DNA of 64,000 nucleotides, from the IMG/VR virus record IMGVR_UViG_3300034107_000364. One strand, 5' to 3'. A model generated the notes under the pieces. The model saw nothing but the letters and a program-made list of their open reading frames with translations, had not been told where the DNA came from and made no database searches. Below, in pieces: positions 44,312-55,005 of this stretch; within the stretch, counting starts at the first letter, position 1, and each line of letters opens with the position of its first letter. The DNA comes from a virus (Duplodnaviria; Heunggongvirae; Uroviricota; Caudoviricetes). Made by a program: the position numbers and the translations under genes.

Positions 44312-46023
44312 ATCAAATTATTGACAAAGCGTTAGAGCTTAATACTTTTGGAAAAGACTTTGAATTCAGAAAAGGACAAAGAGAAATTATCACTAAGATT
44401 TGTGAAACTTATTTAGAGGATCCAGAATCCACGTTAGTAATAGATGCACCAACTGGTGCTGGTAAGTCACTAATAGCTATGTGGTCAGCTCATATCCTAA
44501 AAGAACTAGGTAATAGAGGTTACATGGTGACTAGTGACCTGAGTCTTCAGGATCAGTATGAATCTGATTTCTATAATTATGGTTTGAGATGGCCTTCTAT
44601 TAAAGGTGTAGACAATTACGAATGTTCTGTTAATGGTTTGCCATTTTCATTAGGTGATTGTAAACTCAAAGGAATGGGTTATGAACAAGCTGAAAAACTA
44701 CCATGTTATAATTCATGTGAATACCTACAAAATAGACGCAGAGCTATCGATCAACCTATTGCGCTTCTTAATTATTCATTTTGGTTAATTCAAAGAAATT
44801 ATGTTGAGGCTAAAATGTTGCAAGACGATAGACCAGTTCCATTTGAGCAAAGAGATTTTGTCTTCTTTGATGAAGCACACCGAATTGATGACATAGTTCA
44901 AAGTCACTTTAGTCCACGTATTGAACCTGGATTAGTTGAGAGAATGATGACTTTAAATCGTTTTGCTAGCAAGCAAGGATTTCAAGAAGCTTCTTATACT
45001 AAGAACAAAATACAATCATTAGTCAATCACATGATGGTTGGTGGCAAGAACGATGTGTTTACTGCGATGAGTGAATTCGAAAGAATTCTACATGGTTTTG
45101 GTAAAGTTAGACAAGTTGCCAATAAAATGGCTAAGAAAAGATATGGAACTGCAGGTGTACCTAAAGATTGGCAAACTGCATTTGGACATTTCGATAGACT
45201 TAAAGATGTACATTGTAAAGTAGAAGATTATTTAAGCCTAATCAAAGAAGTTGGTATAGATAAAATGGTTCTCGATCAAAACGAACATGAAGCAAAATTC
45301 ATGTGTGTTGAAGAGAGCTTAATGATTAATAAGTATCTTCACGAAAAGGCAAACTTCAAAGTATTTATGAGTGCCACTATTGGTGATCCTAGAGCTTTTG
45401 TAAAAATCATGGGAATTAAGAATGCCAAGTTTATTAGAATGGACAATGCATTTAACTATGACAAATCTCCAGTAGTTTTTGTTAATCGTCACAAGCTTTC
45501 ATTTAGAGAGCGTGAAGAAAGTTTACCTAAAGTTGTAGAGATAATGGATCAAATCATAAGCAAGCATAAAGGACAGCGTGGTATTATTCACTGTGGATCT
45601 TATGAGTTTATGAACTATATTCAGTCTAAAAGTAAACACACTTTTAGATTAATGAACTATGAAAATTCTAAACAAAAAGCAGAAGTGCTTGAACTGTTTA
45701 AGAAAAAAGAAGATGCAGTATTAATGGGTCCTTCATTATTAGAGGGACTAGATTTAAAAGATGATACTAGTAGATTTCAAATATTTTTTAAAGTACCATA
45801 TCCGTCATTAGGCGATCCTTTGATTAAAGCTAAAATGCAAACATCAAATGAGTGGTATGATTGGAAAACTGGAATTAGTATAATGCAAGGTGTCGGAAGA
45901 TCAGTTAGAAGTAAAGACGATTGGGCAGTAACTTATGTTCTGGATGCTTGCTTTAGAAGCTTGATAAATAAGCCAGGGTTCTTCCCTCCAAGTTTTATGG
46001 AACGAATAAAAACGATTAAATAA
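44293..46023 (+). CDS. DinG/Rad3-like SF2 helicase
   Basis: R.GQ, APTGAGKS, Cys cluster, FDEAH, MSATI, EGLDL, KVPYP, QGVGRSVR...D. Confidence 0.88.
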   Translation: MLERRIDQIIDKALELNTFGKDFEFRKGQREIITKICETYLEDPESTLVIDAPTGAGKSLIAMWSAHILKELGNRGYMVTSDLSLQDQYESDFYNYGLRWPSIKGVDNYECSVNGLPFSLGDCKLKGMGYEQAEKLPCYNSCEYLQNRRRAIDQPIALLNYSFWLIQRNYVEAKMLQDDRPVPFEQRDFVFFDEAHRIDDIVQSHFSPRIEPGLVERMMTLNRFASKQGFQEASYTKNKIQSLVNHMMVGGKNDVFTAMSEFERILHGFGKVRQVANKMAKKRYGTAGVPKDWQTAFGHFDRLKDVHCKVEDYLSLIKEVGIDKMVLDQNEHEAKFMCVEESLMINKYLHEKANFKVFMSATIGDPRAFVKIMGIKNAKFIRMDNAFNYDKSPVVFVNRHKLSFREREESLPKVVEIMDQIISKHKGQRGIIHCGSYEFMNYIQSKSKHTFRLMNYENSKQKAEVLELFKKKEDAVLMGPSLLEGLDLKDDTSRFQIFFKVPYPSLGDPLIKAKMQTSNEWYDWKTGISIMQGVGRSVRSKDDWAVTYVLDACFRSLINKPGFFPPSFMERIKTIK

Positions 46024-46030
46024 TAAACAT

Positions 46031-46261
46031 ATGGGATTTAACAAATTAATTTTACCGGATATCGAAAGACTTAAAAGTCATTTAGCAGATTTAGGTGAAG
46101 AAGAGTTCGGCAAACATTGGTTAAGACGACTACAAAAAGCTGATGCAATTATGGGATCTGTCGAATCTGACAAGTTTCTTAAACCTTTTACAGATAAAGC
46201 GTATAATGAAAGTAAATTAATATTTGCGCAAAATGAAAATTTTACAGAGATTAAAAAATAA
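46031..46261 (+). CDS. Hypothetical protein
   Basis: MGFNKL.LP N-terminus. Confidence 0.55.
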   Translation: MGFNKLILPDIERLKSHLADLGEEEFGKHWLRRLQKADAIMGSVESDKFLKPFTDKAYNESKLIFAQNENFTEIKK

Positions 46262-46265
46262 ATTT

Positions 46266-46895
46266 ATGTCTAAAGAACAAAAAACTGGAAATCGCCAATT
46301 TTATGTTTGGATTAAATCCGAGCGAATTGGTCAAATTGTAGAAGTTGCTGAAGTACAAGATGATGCAGCTTGGTTAAAATTTACTGATGGAACTCAATGT
46401 AATAGCGAAATCACTAACGAGTACTTATTGCCTGCATCTTCAGAAGATCAAGCTAATATGATTGCTAAGGATTTTGGTGGAATTACAACATTCACAAATC
46501 AATCAATAGAAGATGCAACACCAACTAGACCTCGTAGAGATCTTGAACCGGTTGATGCAACACCTGTTAGACCACGGAGAGATCCTGAAAGTGAAGAAGT
46601 TAACGTGATGCGTGAGATGCTTAGAAAAATGAGTACTAAGAATAAGGCTGATATGCCTATTAAGATTAATATTCCTTCTAAAGAAATCTATGCTTTGCTT
46701 AAGGATCAAATGGACATTACTAAAAAGGACTTAAATAGTCAAATTATTGCTCTTGTAGAGGATCAGATAGATAATCAGAGAGACAGCTTAAAAGAACAAG
46801 TAGAATCATTTATTAACAATTATTATAATGGAAAACCAAACACAACAAGTAGAGGAAACTCAAGTACAGGAGAATCAACAGATTCCGAATCGTAG
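46266..46895 (+). CDS. Hypothetical protein
   Basis: Start reassigned to MSKEQK; short internal repeat DATP.RPRRD. Confidence 0.6.
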   Translation: MSKEQKTGNRQFYVWIKSERIGQIVEVAEVQDDAAWLKFTDGTQCNSEITNEYLLPASSEDQANMIAKDFGGITTFTNQSIEDATPTRPRRDLEPVDATPVRPRRDPESEEVNVMREMLRKMSTKNKADMPIKINIPSKEIYALLKDQMDITKKDLNSQIIALVEDQIDNQRDSLKEQVESFINNYYNGKPNTTSRGNSSTGESTDSES

Positions 46896-47247
46896 AGAAC
46901 GTCGTTACAGACTGAAACAACAAGGTGTATTGAAATACCTTAGTAAACTTTCTTTTTTAAACCCAGTTGCGGTAAATTATCGTGCAGAAAATCTTAAAGT
47001 GGGTCAAAGAATTCAGGACATTCTTCGTGAAAGAAATGAAAAACAATGGGAAGAGACTTTCATGGATAAATTAGAAAAAATGAAAGAAACATGGTATGAG
47101 ATTGGTTATAATGCCGAAGAGATTACAATGTTAGAAGAGGCTTCAGCTATTCACTTCGCTAAGAATAAGGCAACTTATCGCGAAGATAAAAAAGAAGCTA
47201 GAGAATTAATGAATAAAGCTAAAGCTAGTTTAGCTTCTAGAAAATAA
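46828..47247 (+). CDS. Hypothetical protein
   Basis: 139 aa, PNRRERR. Confidence 0.6.
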   Translation: MENQTQQVEETQVQENQQIPNRRERRYRLKQQGVLKYLSKLSFLNPVAVNYRAENLKVGQRIQDILRERNEKQWEETFMDKLEKMKETWYEIGYNAEEITMLEEASAIHFAKNKATYREDKKEARELMNKAKASLASRK

Positions 47248-47255
47248 GATAATCT

Positions 47256-47576
47256 ATGTTAAGTATCGGTATTGAGCCAGCAGATAATGGCGTTATAAAA
47301 ACATTAGTTGATGACAATGTAAATGGTGGTGGTGAAGAATTCGAATCTAGACAAGTCTACGAATTCGAAGGACCGATGAAACGTTCTAATCAAATAAAAT
47401 TCTTTAGGGATTTGATATTTGATTTAGGAATTGATGTTGGAACAGAACTTGATCCAGATCACGTTCAGGTTACAATAGGTTGGGGTACTCAATATCGAGG
47501 CTCAGAGACCGAAATAAAAAATAAGATCCAATCTTTACAAAAAGAAATTAAAAGGTTGGAATCTATGCTATCATAA
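47256..47576 (+). CDS. Hypothetical protein
   Basis: 106-aa ORF in operon. Confidence 0.6.
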   Translation: MLSIGIEPADNGVIKTLVDDNVNGGGEEFESRQVYEFEGPMKRSNQIKFFRDLIFDLGIDVGTELDPDHVQVTIGWGTQYRGSETEIKNKIQSLQKEIKRLESMLS

Positions 47577-47977
47577 TGAATTTAAAAATAGAAGGTGTTT
47601 GGTGTAAAACTAGGACAGAATTTGATAAACTATCTAAAGGTGGTAATTATGATCTGACCGTGTCTTACTATGACATTTTTAATCGCTTGGTTAAAAGTGA
47701 TCCTGATAATGCCGAACCTTCTAATATAATTATTTCTATTTACATTAGAAAAGCAATTGAAAAAGCATTAATGGATCTTGATGGACAACCGGAAGTCAAG
47801 ATCCTTTATATGTTTAAAACCTTAAGTGCAGAAACAGTATCTAATTTTAGATTGTTTGTAAACGAAATGGTAGAAAATGAATGTGAACTAGATTTACTAG
47901 TTGTCAATAGATGTGACTTTCCTAAAACTGGCGTATTAAGTAAATTTGATAATGTTAGATTTTTAGATAATGATTAA
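47576..47977 (+). CDS. Hypothetical protein
   Basis: 133 aa, coupled. Confidence 0.6.
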   Translation: MNLKIEGVWCKTRTEFDKLSKGGNYDLTVSYYDIFNRLVKSDPDNAEPSNIIISIYIRKAIEKALMDLDGQPEVKILYMFKTLSAETVSNFRLFVNEMVENECELDLLVVNRCDFPKTGVLSKFDNVRFLDND

Positions 47978-48569
47978 GCATCAACTCTTTTCAAAGGGTG
48001 ATCAAATCCATGCCCTTATTTCAACTACTCAGCAACCTAATCTTTTAATTCCGGTTAGAGCAACTATTTATGACGTTAAATTCGATGACGTTAATCCACA
48101 ATATCAAGTCAGAGTTAAAAAATTCTACGATCAAGTTTACTTCTTAAAGAAGAATCTTTTTGGTGGTAGATTTATAAAAGACTTCGAAGGTAGAGATACC
48201 AAAATAAATTTAAAAAGAGCACTATATCCAACTGTAGATGATATTGAAACCAATATCTTTAATGGTGATAAATGGAAACAATACTTAATTATAGTTGACT
48301 CTGTATTTTGTACGAGAACTCGGGCTGAACAAGAAACCCTGTTTAATAATATCCAAACCTTTCATATAGAAATGAAACTCAAAGAACTATATGAGCTTGT
48401 CAATCGTACTGTCTATAAAGATGGTGAATTTTATTGGCATACCAAAGGTGAATATGTAAAATCTTTACAGAAATTTTTAGGAGATAAATACCCTAAAGAT
48501 CCTAAATGGTCTGACGCTTTACTTTATAGACCAGAAACCGACGAAATGGACAACGTGGAGTGGGTTTAA
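47970..48569 (+). CDS. Hypothetical protein
   Basis: 199 aa, coupled. Confidence 0.6.
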   Translation: MIKHQLFSKGDQIHALISTTQQPNLLIPVRATIYDVKFDDVNPQYQVRVKKFYDQVYFLKKNLFGGRFIKDFEGRDTKINLKRALYPTVDDIETNIFNGDKWKQYLIIVDSVFCTRTRAEQETLFNNIQTFHIEMKLKELYELVNRTVYKDGEFYWHTKGEYVKSLQKFLGDKYPKDPKWSDALLYRPETDEMDNVEWV

Positions 48570-48621
48570 TATATTATCCTACCATATAAGGTAGATATAT
48601 ATAAAAAAAACATTCATTCAT

Positions 48622-50475
48622 ATGCCGTTAGGAATTGTAGATGACGCAAACTTTATTTTTAAGAAAGCACTTAATGTTGTAGACAAAACAACAGGTTTAC
48701 CTGTGACTCAGTTTGTTTATGAAGATACTAAGTCTGGTAAAAAAGTAAAAACTAAAAAAGAGAAAAAGGGTGCGGTAAATCAATCTCAAGCTAAACCAGT
48801 TGATACAGCTGGTACAGCGCAAACTACATTAAGTGAAGATAATACTACTGCTAAACGAGAACGTCCCGGTCAATCATTATATCCTGTGGATGGTGTTGAT
48901 TCAAAATCATATAAGGTAGATACTGTTGTATCTGGTTCTGATCCTAAAAAAGTTACATACGAAGATACGGGTGATACAGTTACTTTAGGAAAAGCACCTC
49001 GAAGTTTATTTAATAATTGGACTTTGCATAGATACGCTAATAGATCTGGTGTTGTAAATTACAGTTTGAATCCAACTAACGGTGCTGATTATAATAAACC
49101 TGTTTTTAGGGGATTTGGCGATACTAATTCAATGAATCCTACTGCTAAAAATATAGTAGAATACTCTAAACTTACTGGTGGTGAAGGATTCGCTTATAAC
49201 TTTAGTGACTTTATTCAGATGGAACACTACGGCCAAATATCTAATGATTATTTAATTACTCTTAGAAGATTTGCGCATCCAGTGCCCGATGATATATTAT
49301 CGCCTCAAAGACAAGGTGCAGATGGAAAACCGCCAGTAGATAATAGTGAACCTGATTTGGCTAGAGCAGTAACTTGGTTATCGCCAGCTTTAGGAAATGA
49401 TTTAAAAGAAATACTTAAATTCCAAATGGGATTTAATTGGGAAGAAGCAAAATCTAAACTTCAAGAAGCTGAATCTAAAGAAGCTGATAGAGGTGAATTA
49501 GGTGCAAAAATCGATGCAAGTCCTACAGCTTCTGCAATAGAATCTGGTTTAAATGGATTTACAGCAACTCAAGCTAGACAAATTAAAAATACTGGAGGTA
49601 ACCACGATTACGCTAAAGAAACATATCCTAACAAAGTTTTTGGACCACTTAATATTATTGATAATGTTTTAGCAAGACAAGCTGGTTTAAAATTTGAACA
49701 GGAATTTAAATTAAATTTCATATATGAACTTAAAGCATTTCCTGGTACTAGTCCTAAAGTTGCATTTATGGATACTCTTGCAAACGTTTTAGCACTTACA
49801 TATAATAATGCACCATTCTGGGGTGGAGCTGTAAGATTCAGTGGTACTGGTAAAACTGGTAAACCATTTGGAGATATGAGTAAATTAGCATCTGGAGATT
49901 ATGCTGGTTATATTGGATCTATTGCTGATAAATTAGCAGGTATGGGTGGAAACTTTTTGGATCAATTAAAGAAAACTGCTTCTAATATTGGAAGTGGCGC
50001 AGGAATTAATAAAATATTAGGAGATTCTAGTATTCTTGAAAATATTGTTGGTGGTGGACTTATGAAATTATTAGGTGGACCAAGTGGAGGTACAATTATT
50101 AATGCGTTCTTAACTGGTGATCCAACTGGACAATGGCATGTAACAATAGGAAATCCAATGAATCCTATTATGGTTTGTGGAAACTTATGTTTACAAAACA
50201 GTCAAGTTAGTTTCGAAGGACCTTTAGGTTTTGAAGGTTTTCCAACAAAAATGAAAGTTGAAATCACATTAAAACCCGGAAGACCAAGAGATAAAACTGA
50301 AATCGAATCTATGTTTAATGCAGGTCGAGGTAGAATGTATTTACAACCATCATGGGGTAAAGGTTCAGAAATGGATATTAACGCTATGGTTAACATTGAT
50401 GCATATGGCGGAAAATCTGGTCAAAGTAAAAATGCACCGTACTTAAGTAGACTATCTGATATGTCTGCAGGATAA
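48622..50475 (+). CDS. Putative tail/baseplate structural protein
   Basis: First gene of the baseplate block; WHVTIGNPMNP...GFPT..KVEITLKPGRPRD. Confidence 0.55.
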   Translation: MPLGIVDDANFIFKKALNVVDKTTGLPVTQFVYEDTKSGKKVKTKKEKKGAVNQSQAKPVDTAGTAQTTLSEDNTTAKRERPGQSLYPVDGVDSKSYKVDTVVSGSDPKKVTYEDTGDTVTLGKAPRSLFNNWTLHRYANRSGVVNYSLNPTNGADYNKPVFRGFGDTNSMNPTAKNIVEYSKLTGGEGFAYNFSDFIQMEHYGQISNDYLITLRRFAHPVPDDILSPQRQGADGKPPVDNSEPDLARAVTWLSPALGNDLKEILKFQMGFNWEEAKSKLQEAESKEADRGELGAKIDASPTASAIESGLNGFTATQARQIKNTGGNHDYAKETYPNKVFGPLNIIDNVLARQAGLKFEQEFKLNFIYELKAFPGTSPKVAFMDTLANVLALTYNNAPFWGGAVRFSGTGKTGKPFGDMSKLASGDYAGYIGSIADKLAGMGGNFLDQLKKTASNIGSGAGINKILGDSSILENIVGGGLMKLLGGPSGGTIINAFLTGDPTGQWHVTIGNPMNPIMVCGNLCLQNSQVSFEGPLGFEGFPTKMKVEITLKPGRPRDKTEIESMFNAGRGRMYLQPSWGKGSEMDINAMVNIDAYGGKSGQSKNAPYLSRLSDMSAG

Positions 50476-50489
50476 AATAATATATTAAT

Positions 50490-51326
50490 ATGAATTTTAA
50501 AATATTTAAAAATAAAAAGACTAGTACTAATGAAGATAAACTTTTATTGGCTCAACCAACTATGCTTTTTGGTAGTTTAGATCCTGAAGAGTATACTTTA
50601 GTCGCTACACATATAGTTAAAGATGATGAGATAGTAAGACCTGATTTATTAGCTGTACAATATTATGGATCAGATGCTGGTCTAGATATTATTTTAAAAT
50701 TTAATGGTATCTCAGATCCGTTTTCTATTATGCCAGGTGAGACTATATATGTGCCTTTAGATACTATTCCATATTATAAGTTAGATTCTCCTGGTATGTA
50801 CGAAGAGAACCCAATTAAGCAACAATTTATAGATACAAAAAGATTAAGTAAAACTGATCAACGAAGAATAGAAGCACTTAAGAAAAAATATAACAAAGAA
50901 ACTTTATTGCCGCCTAATGTTATACCTGTCGGTAAAAAGAATTACGAATTTGATGGAACCATGGTTAGATTAGGTATGCATGCGCAAACAGATCCTGTAG
51001 TTAATGCTATTTTATCTGATATAAATGGTAATGATAGTGTTATTAAAACTAAAAATATAACACCAGAACTTATTATTGATACCGCTGATAATTCACAAGT
51101 AACTAATACGCCTATTAATGATGCAGTTTCATTTGAAGATGCATTGATTAAAAACTCAGGTGTTAAAGGCGCAGGAACTGGTAGTGGAGCCGGAGCTGGA
51201 GCTGGTAGTGGAACTGAAAAAACTGACAAAGCAGATAATCTTGGAGGTGGTAAACCAGATGGAAGTGCACCTGCTAACAAAGACAATAATCCTACCAATA
51301 ACCCAGATTCACCTTGCTCTAAATAA
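50490..51326 (+). CDS. Baseplate wedge protein (T4 gp53/LysM-like)
   Basis: RPDLLAVQYYG.....IILKFNGISDPF...G..IYVP. Confidence 0.7.
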   Translation: MNFKIFKNKKTSTNEDKLLLAQPTMLFGSLDPEEYTLVATHIVKDDEIVRPDLLAVQYYGSDAGLDIILKFNGISDPFSIMPGETIYVPLDTIPYYKLDSPGMYEENPIKQQFIDTKRLSKTDQRRIEALKKKYNKETLLPPNVIPVGKKNYEFDGTMVRLGMHAQTDPVVNAILSDINGNDSVIKTKNITPELIIDTADNSQVTNTPINDAVSFEDALIKNSGVKGAGTGSGAGAGAGSGTEKTDKADNLGGGKPDGSAPANKDNNPTNNPDSPCSK

Positions 51327-51331
51327 TAAAT

Positions 51332-53551
51332 ATGGAATTAGCAAATAATATATTAGCAGTAATTGAGCCTAAAATTAGGCCAACTGAAATAAAGATTGAC
51401 GCTTTAGCTGAAGAAAAACCAGATGAAGCAAAGGCTAATCAGACTAGCGTGATTGCTACGCTGAAACCCATGGTGCTTATAAATGGATACCAGTTTTCTC
51501 CAAAAGATATTACTTTTTTTGAATTAGATTTATCTCAAATATTACCAACATGTAAATTAAGTCTTACTGACAGTGCTGGTAAATTTGCAGTTGGAAGTTA
51601 TCCAAGAGATGGTGATTTCTTTACTATATTAATTAACTCTAAAAATCAGGAAACGTTTAAGTCTATTCACATGGACTTTGATATAGCTAGTTGTGATGCA
51701 CCAAAGGCAGGTAACACAGGATCTGCAACATTTAATATAGAAGGTTTTTGTAAAATTCCTAAAATTTATGGAGAAGACTGTAAGCACTTTGAAAATGGAA
51801 CTTCGTTGGACCATATGAAATTAGTATCTGCTGACCTAGAACTTGGATTAGCAACTAATATAGATGCAGCGGATGATTCTCAAGTTAGAATTATGGCATA
51901 TGAACCTTATATGGATTTTATTAAAACTATTGTAAAAGAAAGTTACGTAGGTGAGGAATCATTTCAAAAATTTTGGGTTGATCCTTATTATTATTTAAAT
52001 TATGTCGATGTTAATGCATTATTTAATTCTCCAAACCCTCCTATTTTGGAATTTGCAGAATCTTTAGCTTCAGCTGCGGAGTCTATGACACCTAGCGAAG
52101 AAGATAAAAAAAATGCTGACTTTGGTAATGATATTGAGGTACCTTTGTTATTAACTAATCATATTAAATTCATGGGAAATAATGCTTTTATTGAAGCACA
52201 TGAACTAATTAATAATTCTGCTGAAATTAGTGCTAAAGCTGGTTATGCAAGAGAAGTTACTATCTATGATAATAATGGCGATAAAAAGAAACAGGAATTT
52301 AGAATTGAACCATTAGGTGGTAAAGATCTAAAAGAATTAGAAGAGCCATTAAGAGGTAATAGAAACGATAAAAGACACTTAGATCAAATTAAGTATAAGT
52401 ATATTGGAAGACAAGAAGCTGGTGACGATGGATTAGGAAACGTTCATCCTAATGCAGCATTTGCACAATTACACAATACTCAAAATGCAATGGAAGTTCA
52501 AAAGATGAAACTTAAAGTTACTTTAAATTCATTTAATCCTTCATTGTATAAGTATCAAAAGATTCCTGTATTAATGTACATTGTTAATAAAAAGGCTATT
52601 GAACAAAACGAAAGAATTAAAGGTGATAAGAAAGAATTAGGTATGGATAAAGATGAACCTTTCAATTTAGGTGAAGATACCGAAAGCATTACACCAGGAA
52701 GAAGTCCTAGTAATGCATTAGATACATTTTTATCAGGATATTATATCATTGAAGATATTGTATATCGAACAAGTGATGGTGAAACTAAACAACATGTTAC
52801 ACTTCTTAGAAGAGAATGGCCTACTAGAACTGAGAATTTACTTAATCCTCCAGGTTTAGCTGAAGATGCTACTCCTGAAAAGAAAGCTGAGAATATTAAA
52901 GAGAATAGTCCACCACCAGCACCACCAGAACCTACTCCTGCACCAACGCCTGAACCTACTCCGCCAGTTGAAGAGCCAGTATTTACGATAGATCCTGAAC
53001 TAATTAAGAGAAGAAATGGTATTGGATCATGGTTTGATTATACCGGCAAATTAAAATGGAATGCTGATGATATATCTCTGGTGACAGAAACTCCTAAAAT
53101 TAAATTAACATTTAAGGGTGCATCTGGTCATGAAGTTCAAGCTACGGTAACTATGGAAGATAAATTTACGCCAGGTCCTGGTGGATATGGACAAATACCA
53201 TATAATACAGAATTTACAGTAGCTAAAAATACATTTAAAGATAAAGAAGGAAAGTATACTATTGATATAGTATTGACATATAAAGATCAAACTGTAACTG
53301 AAACAGTTAATTGGGAATTTTATAAATGGACTCCTGATAAAATCTATGACCAAGGTGCTATAAGAAGCGGTAAATTATTATATACATGGCAGACTATTTC
53401 TGCTAAAGAAGCTGGTAATTTCATAGGTCAGTATACGCTGAAAGGTGAAGCTACCAAAGATGGTAATGGACCTAGAAATGGTAAAATAGAAGGTACAGAT
53501 ATAAATGATGTTATAAAACGTACAGAAAATGCTGGACAATCAGAAGCTTAA
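51332..53551 (+). CDS. Putative baseplate hub protein with Pro-rich linker and C-terminal extension
   Basis: Lies between gp53-like and gp5-like genes; FLSGYYIIEDI.Y...LLRREW hub-type ending followed by a PPPAPPEPTP linker. Confidence 0.55.
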   Translation: MELANNILAVIEPKIRPTEIKIDALAEEKPDEAKANQTSVIATLKPMVLINGYQFSPKDITFFELDLSQILPTCKLSLTDSAGKFAVGSYPRDGDFFTILINSKNQETFKSIHMDFDIASCDAPKAGNTGSATFNIEGFCKIPKIYGEDCKHFENGTSLDHMKLVSADLELGLATNIDAADDSQVRIMAYEPYMDFIKTIVKESYVGEESFQKFWVDPYYYLNYVDVNALFNSPNPPILEFAESLASAAESMTPSEEDKKNADFGNDIEVPLLLTNHIKFMGNNAFIEAHELINNSAEISAKAGYAREVTIYDNNGDKKKQEFRIEPLGGKDLKELEEPLRGNRNDKRHLDQIKYKYIGRQEAGDDGLGNVHPNAAFAQLHNTQNAMEVQKMKLKVTLNSFNPSLYKYQKIPVLMYIVNKKAIEQNERIKGDKKELGMDKDEPFNLGEDTESITPGRSPSNALDTFLSGYYIIEDIVYRTSDGETKQHVTLLRREWPTRTENLLNPPGLAEDATPEKKAENIKENSPPPAPPEPTPAPTPEPTPPVEEPVFTIDPELIKRRNGIGSWFDYTGKLKWNADDISLVTETPKIKLTFKGASGHEVQATVTMEDKFTPGPGGYGQIPYNTEFTVAKNTFKDKEGKYTIDIVLTYKDQTVTETVNWEFYKWTPDKIYDQGAIRSGKLLYTWQTISAKEAGNFIGQYTLKGEATKDGNGPRNGKIEGTDINDVIKRTENAGQSEA

Positions 53552-53574
53552 ATTAAAATAAAGATAAATAATAT

Positions 53575-55005
53575 ATGTCAGACTTTAGCCACATTAATGA
53601 ATTTAGAAAAGGTTCTATTTTAAGAAAGATCAGTGAAGATCCAACCTATCTTAGCTTCTTTTTTATGTTTGATACTGTCGATAGAGAACATTCGCCTCTA
53701 TTTGCTGGACCAGCAGAAGAATATTTAGCTGATTTTGTCGATCATGATCACGGTACTAATTATGCGGCTAATTTAACAGCATTTAAAACAGTTTTACTTA
53801 AAATTAATAAAGATATGCCATGGTTTTGGCAAAAGGTAAGTGGACTAGAATTGACACAAACGTTTGCTAAGATGGAAGAACCTTGGAGAGGTGCTGAAGC
53901 TCCAAAAATAGACATCGAGTGTTTAGAAGAAAATATTGAGTTAACTGCAATTGGTTTGATGAGTTTATATAAACAAGCGGTTTATGATTATGAAAGATAT
54001 GTTGAAATACTTCCTAAAAATATAAGACATTTTAGAGTATGGATTTTACTTTCAGAAGTTAGAACATTTCAACAAGATATAGGCGCAAGAGATCTAGATC
54101 TTTATGGAACGCCAATGCCAAAAGATAATGCTAGTAAATCTATTAACATTATTCCTAGAGCAAAAGGAAGTGAGACTGCAGTTGGTAAAAACTCAGGTAA
54201 ATTCGAGGCAGATGTAGTTAAACATTATGCAGCTGATGCAAAACCCCATATAATGTTTGAATTAGGTTTTTGTGAATGGCAACAAGATTCGATCGCGGAC
54301 ATGTTCGCTGATGCTTCTAAAACACCTGAATTGAAAAAACCTAAAATAAGTTTTTCATGGGCAACTTGTAGAATAAATGCTCAAAAATTTGGACCGAATA
54401 TAACAAAACCTACTGATGAGAGTGCAATGAAAGATACTAAGCCGAAAGATGGTTTATATCCTAATACACCCTTTAATCCTTTAGCAATTGCACAAAACGC
54501 TATTAGTGATAAAGTAAATGGTATTGCTGGAGCTCTTGTAAATAGATTTAATAATTTAAAGAATGGTTTACCAGGTTTTGGTAAAAACCCAATGGGAGCT
54601 GTTTACCCAGAAAGATTAACAGGAGCTGCTGCTAGTTTAGCAAATGCTGGAATGGATAAATTAAAATCATTATTATTAGATAATGTACATGGTTTAGGAG
54701 GAGGTTTGGGTACTTTAGGTGATATTGACTCTGCACTTTCTGCAGGTAGTATTAATGGTATAACAAACTTAATTGGTGGAATGATTAAAAAATCAGATAA
54801 AAAATCAACACCGGGTAGTATTTCACCTAAACAAGTTTATGACGAAATAACAACAGACACTAGTCCTGATGGAAAACTAAACGAAAAGGTATATGATCCG
54901 ATTGCTAAACCAAGCAAATCTATTAGGATCACACCTGGAAGAATACATCCTAAAGGTGTAGATAGTAGTCCAGATAATTCACTTAACGATAACATATATA
55001 AATAA
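53575..55005 (+). CDS. Putative tail (tube-like) structural protein
   Basis: Context in the tail block; PWFWQKVSGL...IECLE. Confidence 0.45.
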   Translation: MSDFSHINEFRKGSILRKISEDPTYLSFFFMFDTVDREHSPLFAGPAEEYLADFVDHDHGTNYAANLTAFKTVLLKINKDMPWFWQKVSGLELTQTFAKMEEPWRGAEAPKIDIECLEENIELTAIGLMSLYKQAVYDYERYVEILPKNIRHFRVWILLSEVRTFQQDIGARDLDLYGTPMPKDNASKSINIIPRAKGSETAVGKNSGKFEADVVKHYAADAKPHIMFELGFCEWQQDSIADMFADASKTPELKKPKISFSWATCRINAQKFGPNITKPTDESAMKDTKPKDGLYPNTPFNPLAIAQNAISDKVNGIAGALVNRFNNLKNGLPGFGKNPMGAVYPERLTGAAASLANAGMDKLKSLLLDNVHGLGGGLGTLGDIDSALSAGSINGITNLIGGMIKKSDKKSTPGSISPKQVYDEITTDTSPDGKLNEKVYDPIAKPSKSIRITPGRIHPKGVDSSPDNSLNDNIYK

